IMG/VR virus record: IMGVR_UViG_3300026116_000015
Strand: one strand, 5' to 3'
Length of the DNA: 46,622 nucleotides
Source: a virus
Shown: piece after piece, positions 1 through 7,290 of the stretch
Layout: the number at the start of each line of letters is the position of its first letter
How positions within the stretch are numbered: position 1 is the first letter of the stretch
Program-made: the position numbers and the translations under genes
Notes under the pieces: generated by a model
The model's database searches: none
What the model saw: the letters and a program-made list of their open reading frames with translations, nothing else
Told to the model about the DNA's origin: nothing

Positions 1-99
1 TGAGGAACGCGCCGACCTTGCGCGCGGCGACGCGCACGGCACGCTCATCGTCGGTGATTTGCAGGCAGTCATCCTTGTTGATCGCGCCGCTCTGGCACT
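1..99. repeat. Terminal direct repeat copy 1 (identical to 46524..46622). Assembly overlap of a circular or circularly permuted genome.
   Basis: Bases 1-99 match the last 99 bases of the window letter for letter. The repeat lies inside an ORF that continues in phase across the junction. Confidence 0.95.
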
Positions 100-274
100 T
101 GGCCTGAAGGTTGGTGCCGGACGTCTTGTAGGCGGCGCCTCCTTCGGCGAGGTCGGCGGCCGCGGCCTGAAACTCCGCGTAGCTGTTCCGGCGGATGACG
201 TTGCCGGGGTTGAACATCGTGCCGCAGGATGAGAGGAGGAGAACTGCGATGAGGGGAATGATTCTTCGTTTCAA
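1..274 (-). CDS. Lipoprotein, N-terminal part. The gene wraps the junction and ends at 46396 (133 codons on the circle).
   Basis: TTG at 274..272. Product starts LKRRIIPLIAVLLLSSCGT: basic n-region, hydrophobic core and lipobox L-S-S-C. The frame is open to base 1 and continues in phase at 46523. Confidence 0.7.
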   Translation of the reverse strand, partial: MKRRIIPLIAVLLLSSCGTMFNPGNVIRRNSYAEFQAAAADLAEGGAAYKTSGTNLQAKCQSGAINKDDCLQITDDERAVRVAARKVGAFL

Positions 275-318
275 GGTGTGCCGCCCTTCGCTTCAAGAGT
301 GTGGTGCTGGACAGTCAT
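271..318 (-). CDS. 15-codon leader mini-ORF (MTVQHHTLEAKGGTP) coupled to the lipoprotein start
   Basis: AAAGGAGA lies 6 nt before ATG 318..316. Its TGA (273..271) overlaps the lipoprotein TTG (274..272) as TTGA. Confidence 0.3.
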   Translation of the reverse strand: MTVQHHTLEAKGGTP

Positions 319-448
319 TTTGATTCTCCTTTCGCGGCGGGTGTTCCGCCGAAGCTCTCAATGTTCGTGACTGCGGGCCGGTTGGCTTGGATGGCTCGCG
401 CTCGACTGCGTAGGGCCTCGTGTCCTGTCCCGTGCACGGGCGCCGGAT

Positions 449-580
449 TCAATACCGGCTGACTTGTTGAGCATTCTCCCCGAAGGGACTGCCGGTGCCA
501 TCGGCCACTACCTCCAACGCCAATCGCTGAAGGTCGTCAAATAGGCTCCCGCGTGCCACGCCGCAATCACAAACATTCAA
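449..580 (-). CDS. Hypothetical small protein (43 aa); start uncertain
   Basis: TTG at 580 overlaps the upstream stop (TTGA). The ORF track gives 449..646. Third-position GC is only moderate. Confidence 0.25.
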   Translation of the reverse strand: MNVCDCGVARGSLFDDLQRLALEVVADGTGSPFGENAQQVSRY

Positions 581-888
581 AGATCCGACTTTGTATCCCG
601 TTCCATCAAGTATGCAGCCGCGAGCGCCGTCAGGAGATCGCTCCATTCGCTCGCGCCGCGCATGTACGTGCTGAACTCCGTTTGGTTCATCAGCGTCTCG
701 CGCTTCGCGGCGCTACGTGCGGCGATCAACATTCCGTCCACGATCTCGTGAGCGCGCGCGTCAGCGGAGTCGTCAGGCTCGTATATGTCGCTCGCAACTG
801 GCGGACAGAACATGTCGCCGTCTTCTTCGACGTGCTCCACGAACGGACGCCAACAGTGGCGGCAACGCCGTGTGTCCTGCTCGCTCAC
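577..888 (-). CDS. Hypothetical acidic protein downstream of the XRE repressor
   Basis: GTG 888..886 overlaps the HTH gene stop as GTGA (alternative GTG at 900). The C-terminal part of track ORF 577..1215 reads like protein (CRHC, acidic stretch). Confidence 0.5.
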   Translation of the reverse strand: MSEQDTRRCRHCWRPFVEHVEEDGDMFCPPVASDIYEPDDSADARAHEIVDGMLIAARSAAKRETLMNQTEFSTYMRGASEWSDLLTALAAAYLMERDTKSDL

Positions 889-1055
889 GAGAACAACCAC
901 ACGAGCAGCTTCACGAAAGCCTGCATGTCGAGTCCGCCCGTTCCGTTTTCGAGGCGGCAGAGGGTGGATTCGGCGATGCCGATTTCCTTCGCCGCCGTTT
1001 TCTGGCTGACGCCCGCTTTGAAGCGGTACCCTTGGAGTGCTTGTCCGATTCGCAT
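885..1055 (-). CDS. XRE/Cro-CI family helix-turn-helix regulator (56 aa)
   Basis: MRIGQALQGYRFKAGVSQKTAAKEIGIAESTLCRLENG is a classic HTH_3 pattern. There is no SD before ATG 1055. It is divergent from the Lar-like gene. Confidence 0.75.
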   Translation of the reverse strand: MRIGQALQGYRFKAGVSQKTAAKEIGIAESTLCRLENGTGGLDMQAFVKLLVWLFS

Positions 1056-1063
1056 GAAATTGC

Positions 1064-1092
1064 AGTTTAGGCGCGAAACTTTCGGAAAGCAA
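1064..1092 (-). promoter_or_regulatory. Candidate sigma70-like promoter giving a leaderless transcript for the XRE gene
   Basis: On the minus strand: TTGCTT (1092..1087), 17-nt spacer, TAAACT (1069..1064), then 8 nt to the ATG. Confidence 0.3.
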
Positions 1093-1120
1093 GATATACT
1101 CGCGGGAACAGGAGGGCCGA

Positions 1121-1483
1121 ATGGAGATCCAGACTTTTGACGAATTGCAGCCTTGCCCGTTCTGCGGCACAAAGCCTAACATCGAGCTGGCGCCGCTAGA
1201 CGGTTTTGAGTTCAAGATGGTTGTCTGCCAATGCGGCGTGCGGGGATCACGATGCGACAGCTACGAGCGCGCGATTTCAGCATGGAACAGACGCACCACC
1301 AACGACAGCCTGAGCGCAATGCGTGATGCCGCCGAAATGCTATGGGTTACGCTCGCCAACGTCAGCGGCGGCGATTGGACGCAGCAATCGCCCGAGTGGC
1401 AAGAGGCGGCGGCGAAGTGGCGAGAGGCCTACTTCGAGGCCGAGAAGGCGTGCAAGTACGTGACGCCGAGGGATGTGGTGTGA
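1121..1483 (+). CDS. Lar-family restriction-alleviation-like zinc-ribbon protein with a C-terminal extension
   Basis: AGGAGG SD. N-terminus LQPCPFCG...CQCGVRG...ERAISAWNRR matches the Lar family pattern (PCPFCG ... WNRR). Confidence 0.7.
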   Translation: MEIQTFDELQPCPFCGTKPNIELAPLDGFEFKMVVCQCGVRGSRCDSYERAISAWNRRTTNDSLSAMRDAAEMLWVTLANVSGGDWTQQSPEWQEAAAKWREAYFEAEKACKYVTPRDVV

Positions 1484-1677
1484 TGGCCGGCGTGAAACAA
1501 CCGAAAGGCTTGACGGAAGGGTGCGGACGCCACTGGCAGCAAAGCGTTGGCGAGCTCACGCATCAGTGTTGGGGTCACACGATCAACGGGTGCTGTTGGT
1601 GCCCATGCGGAACTCGCATGAGCAATCCGACAGCGGCAGTGGACGACAAGCCCGCGCCGTCAATCACCGAATCGTGA
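1483..1677 (+). CDS. Small Cys/His-rich protein (64 aa)
   Basis: ATG overlaps the upstream TGA (TGATG). Contains CGRHW...HQCWGH...CCWCPCG. Its 3' end overlaps the convergent gene by 14 nt. Confidence 0.45.
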   Translation: MAGVKQPKGLTEGCGRHWQQSVGELTHQCWGHTINGCCWCPCGTRMSNPTAAVDDKPAPSITES

Positions 1678-3088
1678 TCGACCTGGACGCCACCGGAACC
1701 GTCGCCGTCACGCTCACAGTGAACGTCCCTGCCGAGCCGTAGATGTGCTGCCCGGCGCGGGAACACAACGTGGTGAACGTCGGCGACGAATCGCCGAATC
1801 GCCAGACACAGTTCCCGCTGATCGGCGGCTGCACATGGAAAAACATGAACGCGCCGACCATCGGATTGCTCAGGGGGTCAACCACGATCGCAGCGGCAGG
1901 TGTTGGGGCGGGAGCGGGTGCTGGCGACGGAACCGGCACTGGCGCGGGCTGCGGGGCTGGCTGAGGCACCGGCACCGGTTGTGGGCATGGGCACATGGGG
2001 ACTGGCGTCGGCGATGGAGGAAGCACGGCCTGGGGCTGCGGGGCGGGCACCGGAACGGGCGTGGCGACGATCTCGTAGATGTCCACCAACCCGATGGCGG
2101 CGGCGACGAGGTACATCTTCCCGCCCGTCGCGAAGATCGCCACGTCGCACCCGAGCCCCAACGTGTCGAGCCCCGACTGCGCCGGCGAGGCAAACGTCTT
2201 GTCCGGGTTGCGCGAGTAGTAGAGTCTGAAGAACCCGCCGAGCGGCACCTCGCCCCCGTCCGTCCGGAAGAGTCGGAGGTCCGCCCCCAACCCGTCACGA
2301 CGCTGGCCGTAGATGGCGGTGTACCCCTCGCCATTCGCCACCCCTGGCAGGAAGTACGCATCGAGCAGCGAGGCGAGGAACGGCGGCGCGTTGCGGCTCG
2401 TATCCGGCGGGATCGGTCCCGGCATCGCATCAACGCGGTCCACCCCATCGAGCCGCACGCGGTAGCGCGCCGTGCCGCCCCCGTCCGCTGAAGCGATTGC
2501 GAAGTAGACGCCTCCCACCTTGACGGCGCGGATCGCGGTTGCCACTGGATCTCCGGTGATGGTGCTCGACGGGACGATGGCGATCGGCTGGAGGTTCGGC
2601 CCAAGGAATGCCGTCCCCATCATCGTTGCCGCGACGTAGACGACGCCGCGATCGTCGATGTCGATCTCCTGCAGAGGCTCTCGTACATCGACCCCGGGCT
2701 GCGGCAACCACCATCCCTGATCCGGTCCAAGCATCAGCTCGCGGCTGGCCGTGTTGCGGACCGTCCACGTCATCGACTCGCCAGACGCCATTCGTTGCAG
2801 GAGCCGCGAGAGCTTGTAGTCGCCGATCGCAGAGCCGAAGCCGAAAACGATCGTGTCGAGCGCGACGGACACGCGGACACGTCGGCCGCGCATGGCGGAC
2901 GGCCCCATGACGCCTTCCGGGGTGTCGTGCGAGTCGAGCACGCGGCCGACAAAGCGGAGGGTTGGAGGGACGGCTACGGTGCGTCGGCCGTCAGCGGTGT
3001 TCGCGCCCGGTTTGGGCCATGGCTGGCCGTTGACCTGGCGAGCAACGAAAAGAAAGAGGATCGTGGTGACGAATCGAAGTTTCTTCAT
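1664..3088 (-). CDS. Secreted protein: signal peptide, beta-propeller-like domain, Pro-rich linker and C-terminal PKD-like domain
   Basis: MKKLRFVTTILFLFVARQVNG-Q signal peptide from ATG 3088. 57-aa PxP linker (about 1889..2059). C-terminus CVWRFGDSS...HIYGSAGTFTVSVTAT is PKD-like. Confidence 0.8.
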   Translation of the reverse strand: MKKLRFVTTILFLFVARQVNGQPWPKPGANTADGRRTVAVPPTLRFVGRVLDSHDTPEGVMGPSAMRGRRVRVSVALDTIVFGFGSAIGDYKLSRLLQRMASGESMTWTVRNTASRELMLGPDQGWWLPQPGVDVREPLQEIDIDDRGVVYVAATMMGTAFLGPNLQPIAIVPSSTITGDPVATAIRAVKVGGVYFAIASADGGGTARYRVRLDGVDRVDAMPGPIPPDTSRNAPPFLASLLDAYFLPGVANGEGYTAIYGQRRDGLGADLRLFRTDGGEVPLGGFFRLYYSRNPDKTFASPAQSGLDTLGLGCDVAIFATGGKMYLVAAAIGLVDIYEIVATPVPVPAPQPQAVLPPSPTPVPMCPCPQPVPVPQPAPQPAPVPVPSPAPAPAPTPAAAIVVDPLSNPMVGAFMFFHVQPPISGNCVWRFGDSSPTFTTLCSRAGQHIYGSAGTFTVSVTATVPVASRSITIR

Positions 3089-3101
3089 CGGCGCCGAGTG
3101 T

Positions 3102-3129
3102 AACAAAAACGCCGCCCTTTCGAGCGGCG
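3102..3129 (-). terminator. Rho-independent terminator after the lysis genes
   Basis: Minus strand reads CGCCGC-TCGAAAGG-GCGGCG followed by TTTTTGTT. It sits only about 17 nt upstream of the next ATG. Confidence 0.5.
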
Positions 3130-3244
3130 CCGACTCCCCAAAGTCGATTGCCGACGTCCCGCGTATCGGGAATGTTCAACAACTTGTTGGGAAAATTAAA
3201 AGAGCGAGAACATCGATCGCTACGCGCGCAACGTGGCAGCGATT

Positions 3245-3430
3245 CTACCGCAACTTCGCCGGGACATGCACCAGCCCGAGGTAGCCGAGAATCCAGAGCA
3301 CCAGCAGAATGACGACGATGGCGATCACCACTTGCTTGAACGGCTCAGCGAGCGGAACAAAACGCAGCAGAAGCCACAGGCAGAACCCGATCACGATGAG
3401 CACGAGGATGATGGTCACGATTCCGGTCAT
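3245..3430 (-). CDS. Small two-TMD membrane protein; holin/antiholin candidate
   Basis: 61 aa with two hydrophobic helices (IVTIILVLIVIGFCLWLLL and VVIAIVVILLVLWILGYLGL). ATGA overlap with the upstream gene. Confidence 0.7.
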   Translation of the reverse strand: MTGIVTIILVLIVIGFCLWLLLRFVPLAEPFKQVVIAIVVILLVLWILGYLGLVHVPAKLR

Positions 3431-3876
3431 GGTTTCTCCTGCCCTTTCCGTTGCAGCGCGTTGTGCTCGATACCAAGCGCTTCGAGCTTCTTGTTCACGT
3501 TGTTTGCCTCGCGCGATGCCTCCAGCGCGTTCACGTTCGCATCGCGGCTGATGGCCGTGTTCTCGGCGATCATCGCCGTGAGCTTTTTGTTCTCCGCGAG
3601 GAGTTCCTGGGCGACGATGCGCGCGGCATCCTTGGCGACAGTAGCCACCGCCGCGGCGACCCGTTCCTCGCGTGCGCGCAACTCGGTAACGGTGCCGAAA
3701 TGCTCGGCGCTGCTTTCATTCCGAAGTGTGCGCTGCCTACGCCCAAGGATGAGAGTTGCGAGCACCTGAACGGTCGCCATCGCGGCGAGCAGGACGGCAG
3801 TGTTGACGTTGCGGTCGAACCAGCCCTGCGGTGGCAGAACGGCGAGTTGGATCATCAGTAGGAGCGCGGTGAGCAT
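3427..3876 (-). CDS. Membrane protein with two N-terminal TMDs and a long coiled-coil tail; holin or spanin-like lysis component
   Basis: ATG 3876 shares one base with the endolysin TGA. MLTALLLMIQLAVL and AVLLAAMATVQVLATLILG are followed by a heptad-like Ala/Glu/Asn region. Confidence 0.65.
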   Translation of the reverse strand: MLTALLLMIQLAVLPPQGWFDRNVNTAVLLAAMATVQVLATLILGRRQRTLRNESSAEHFGTVTELRAREERVAAAVATVAKDAARIVAQELLAENKKLTAMIAENTAISRDANVNALEASREANNVNKKLEALGIEHNALQRKGQEKP

Positions 3877-4316
3877 CACCCCGGCAGCTCCGCGTGCGGC
3901 ATGTCGTTGAGCGACTCGTCCGGATCGGGGACGACCGGCCAGCCGTCCCCGTCCCAATCGCCGCCCCAGCGCAATCCGAATCGTTGGAAAAGCTGCCCGA
4001 GGCTCCAGTAGAGCGCGACGAGCATCGCCCTGTCGAAACCCTCGACGTTGTCGATGTACGCGCCGTCGCTCAGCCGGAAGATCCCGAAGTCGATCGCGCG
4101 CGTCGGCTTCGTGTTGTGCTTGCTCTCCCGCTGCACCCCATCGAAGCGCGACTTGCCCGCCTTGAACGCGACCATCTGCTCAGCAGCGGTTCGGAACACT
4201 TCGATGGGGCGCGCCTCGTAGCCGAGCGGCCGGAACGTCGCGTTGTACCGGTCGGTCGCCGCCGTCACTTTCGCAACGAGCGTCGAGTCAGCGTCGGCGT
4301 AATCCCTGGTCGGCAT
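3876..4316 (-). CDS. Endolysin, peptidase M15 (VanY / L-alanyl-D-glutamate peptidase type)
   Basis: SKHNTKPTRAID (S-x-H...A-x-D) and DMPHAE (D-x-x-H-x-E) metal-ligand motifs, plus WGGDW. Confidence 0.85.
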   Translation of the reverse strand: MPTRDYADADSTLVAKVTAATDRYNATFRPLGYEARPIEVFRTAAEQMVAFKAGKSRFDGVQRESKHNTKPTRAIDFGIFRLSDGAYIDNVEGFDRAMLVALYWSLGQLFQRFGLRWGGDWDGDGWPVVPDPDESLNDMPHAELPG

Positions 4317-4708
4317 CAGGACTCGTCGGTTTCGTCGGACCCGTACCCGGCGAGCTTCTGGCCGAATTCCAGCAGCTCGTGCTTGTAGTCGTCGAATTCG
4401 GCGGCGGTCGGGGAGACGGCGCTCATTATGCCCATGCGGAAGTTGTCGATCCGGAGCGCGAAATCACACGCGGTCTGCGAGTACTCCGCCGCCTCTTCCT
4501 CGTACCCCTTCGTCATGCCCAAAGCGTCCATCTTCTCGTACGCCACGATGTAGCGGTCGATGTAGCGGGCCATGCCTTTCGCGGCGAGTGCGGCATCGGC
4601 CGGTACGCCGGGCATCTCCGCGAACTGATCGGCGGCGACGGCGAGGGCGCCACAGTCGATGATGATTTTGCAGGGGATGCAGTTCATTTTCTTCGTCTTG
4701 GTTGCCAT
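4316..4708 (-). CDS. Hypothetical protein (130 aa)
   Basis: High third-position GC. Its stop shares a base with the endolysin ATG. Confidence 0.7.
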   Translation of the reverse strand: MATKTKKMNCIPCKIIIDCGALAVAADQFAEMPGVPADAALAAKGMARYIDRYIVAYEKMDALGMTKGYEEEAAEYSQTACDFALRIDNFRMGIMSAVSPTAAEFDDYKHELLEFGQKLAGYGSDETDES

Positions 4709-4723
4709 CGGTTTCGCCTTCGT

Positions 4724-5134
4724 TTACGGTTGTTTCGATTCTAGTTTGATGACGCGTTCACGGGTGTTGGTTTGGTATGCGTTCTGTGTCCGCTCGTCCT
4801 CGTCATGGCGGAGTACGAAAGAATCGTACTCTCTCCGCAACGTTCCGACCAATCCGGTCAGCGCGTTCACGCCATCGTGCTCGGTGTTCCACGCTTTGAG
4901 GACATCTTCCTGTTTCTTCTCGAAGCTCGACATCCGTCCGAGCAGATCGCGGTTGAAGTTGTCCTGGTTGCGCTTGAACTCCTCGAAGTCGCGGCGCTGG
5001 TTGAGGTCAGCGGTCGCCTGATTGACCGACGATCGCCAATACGTCACGCCCTGCGCCAAAAGGAAAACGAAGATCGTGAAAAGGAACTCCGGTTTCTGAT
5101 ACCACCGCCGCTCTTGCCCTCGCGCTTCGGTCAC
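4724..5134 (-). CDS. N-terminal TMD plus coiled-coil protein (i-spanin-like topology)
   Basis: GTG 5134 overlaps the upstream TGA (GTGA). FLFTIFVFLLAQGVTYW TMD is followed by a charged helical region. The track ORF starts at 5155. Confidence 0.6.
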   Translation of the reverse strand: MTEARGQERRWYQKPEFLFTIFVFLLAQGVTYWRSSVNQATADLNQRRDFEEFKRNQDNFNRDLLGRMSSFEKKQEDVLKAWNTEHDGVNALTGLVGTLRREYDSFVLRHDEDERTQNAYQTNTRERVIKLESKQP

Positions 5135-7290
5135 ATGCCCCCCGGATACTCCCAATGCGGTTTATTGCGCAGCGGCCCAATCGGAACGAACCGCTTCTCT
5201 TTCGGGACCGTGTACTCCGTTCCGACGAGCTGACGATACCACCCGTAAATCTTTGGGTAGGTCTCGCGGAACTTCGTCGGGTTCATCATGTACTGCCCGC
5301 CAAGCTCCGAGAACGCCTCGTCGTAGCGCACGCTTGAATCCGTAGCGCCTTGGTCGCTGAGGCTCGCGTAGATCGCGGCCGGGAGCATGCGCTTCGCAAG
5401 TTCCGCGACCTTCTCGGCCGCTCCGGGCGTTCCTGGGCGGATTCCTGCTGCCGCTGCCTGTCTGCGAACATCCTCAATGGCGCCGTCGTACAGCGCCCGA
5501 AACTGCGCCTGCTCCTGCGGCACAAGATCCTTGTTCCAGACGGCGTGAAACGTTTCGTGAGCGAGAACATCGGTCATGTCCTGCGCTTGCGGATTGACCA
5601 GAATCGAGTTGTCGTACTCAGTGCCCATCCGCCCCGACTGAGGTCCGGTTACGAACTGCGTTCCGTACACCGCGTACGCGTCGGATGGCGCTTCGGGGAC
5701 GGTAGTGCTGATGTTCCCACTGCGCGGCTCGCCGTACCGCACCTGTCGTGCGTTGGTAAATCGCGATGGGAGCAACTGCGCGGGCGTGCGATCGGCAAGC
5801 AACTGCTCGTTCTCGTTCGCCACACGATTCGCAGGAACGGGCCATTCGGCCATGTCGCGCCCCGAAGTGCGGTTCAGTACTGGCGACCCCGCCGGACCGC
5901 CGGGCGAGGATTGCTTCATCTCTGGTCCGCGCATGCCTGCCGTTCGTTCCGTCGGCTCTTGCTTCAGGATCGACCCCAGCTTGGGCTTCGGCGCGTCGCT
6001 CTTTTTCGACGTGTTGAGTTCCTGAATCGTGGCCGTGAGCGGACGAGAGGCGGTGCGCATACCCGAGCCGATCGCGGCCGGTACTCCGGCCATTACGCCA
6101 GTCTTCGACGCCACGTGCATTAGCGCTCCGATCGGGTGACCATGCGCCAAGAGAACAAGGTCACTGAGCGAGAGCGGAGATTCGCGCATCTTGACTGGGA
6201 TACGCCGCACGATGGCCTGCTCGATCGGCATCAGGTCGCCGAGTTGTTTGTTGATGGCGATCAACTCTGGAGGTGTGGCCTGCTCGATGGCGTTCTTTAG
6301 TTTCGAGTAGTAGGTGTTCGCTACGGCTTCCATCGCCTTATCCGCGTCCGTCTTCCCGTATGACCATGCGCCCTTCAGGCCAACGGCGCGCTTCAGGGTT
6401 TGCGCTTCGTCGACGCTGACAGCATTTCCGATCGCGGCGGCGTCTTCTTTGAAGCGGTCGATCGCGTTCCTGATCGCAGTCGCGTCGCCCGGGCTTTTGA
6501 TTCGCCCGGCGCGCGACAGCAATTCCTGCTCGACATCGGACAGTGCTTGCGTAAGATCAACGGTTCCGGGGCTGTTCGCCGTGATGCTCCGCAGTTCGGT
6601 GGCGAGCTTCGTGATCTTCTCGTTTACCGCCTTCAGCGCGCGCGGGAGGGTTGCTCGTCCCACATCGTACGCGTCCACGTTCTCCGGCTTGAACCCGGCC
6701 GCGATGTCGGCCGACGTTGGGCGCATCAGCGACATCTGCATCTTTGCGCCGAGCGCCTTCATGAACTTGGCCGTTCCCTCGAAGAGTGCCGGGAGAACGG
6801 CGCCGGTCGCCGCGTTCACGACAGCCTCTTGATCCGTGCCGCCCTGCGCCTTCGTGACGCCCGCTCCCGAGATCGCCGCTGATGCCGTACGGGCCATCTT
6901 CGGGATCTTCGTGAGCGCTGGCGCAATCTTCGTCAGGCCCCTCGCCACGGCACCCTCACCGGCCATGAACTCCGCGCCCTGCTCGGTGAACCTGCCGAGG
7001 CGCTGGCCAGCATTTGACGGTTCAAGGGCGGCCTCAATCTCGGGACTGCGTACGGTGTCGGCGGGCTGGCCCTGGATGGTGTTGGCGACGCCCTTGTAGA
7101 GGTTGTAAGCGGTGCTGCCGATGCCCTTCAACTGGCCAGCGATGATGTTGCCTGGATTGAGCGTCGAGGCCTTCTCCGCGAAGCTTTGGGCGCGCGGCGG
7201 GGGTGCGGTCGGTCGCGGTGCTGCCGCAGGAACATCCTCCCACTGATCGTCGTCAACATCGACCCACTCGTCAGCGGCTACGGGTGCCAT
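5131..7290 (-). CDS. Large internal virion / ejection-type protein with a C-terminal HExxH zincin-like domain
   Basis: 719 aa, last of the big post-nozzle genes. HETFH is encoded at 5545..5559 in the context VLAHETFHAVW. Confidence 0.75.
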   Translation of the reverse strand: MAPVAADEWVDVDDDQWEDVPAAAPRPTAPPPRAQSFAEKASTLNPGNIIAGQLKGIGSTAYNLYKGVANTIQGQPADTVRSPEIEAALEPSNAGQRLGRFTEQGAEFMAGEGAVARGLTKIAPALTKIPKMARTASAAISGAGVTKAQGGTDQEAVVNAATGAVLPALFEGTAKFMKALGAKMQMSLMRPTSADIAAGFKPENVDAYDVGRATLPRALKAVNEKITKLATELRSITANSPGTVDLTQALSDVEQELLSRAGRIKSPGDATAIRNAIDRFKEDAAAIGNAVSVDEAQTLKRAVGLKGAWSYGKTDADKAMEAVANTYYSKLKNAIEQATPPELIAINKQLGDLMPIEQAIVRRIPVKMRESPLSLSDLVLLAHGHPIGALMHVASKTGVMAGVPAAIGSGMRTASRPLTATIQELNTSKKSDAPKPKLGSILKQEPTERTAGMRGPEMKQSSPGGPAGSPVLNRTSGRDMAEWPVPANRVANENEQLLADRTPAQLLPSRFTNARQVRYGEPRSGNISTTVPEAPSDAYAVYGTQFVTGPQSGRMGTEYDNSILVNPQAQDMTDVLAHETFHAVWNKDLVPQEQAQFRALYDGAIEDVRRQAAAAGIRPGTPGAAEKVAELAKRMLPAAIYASLSDQGATDSSVRYDEAFSELGGQYMMNPTKFRETYPKIYGWYRQLVGTEYTVPKEKRFVPIGPLRNKPHWEYPGGM

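Noticed and set aside
1-99. T7-like physical direct terminal repeat
   Set aside because: The repeat is inside a coding sequence and ends exactly at the window edge, which is typical of assembler circular overlap rather than a biological terminal redundancy.
553-1140. 195-aa plus-strand ORF across the repressor region
   Set aside because: It is antisense to the HTH gene and its partner, with poor composition and no SD. The minus-strand products have recognisable motifs.
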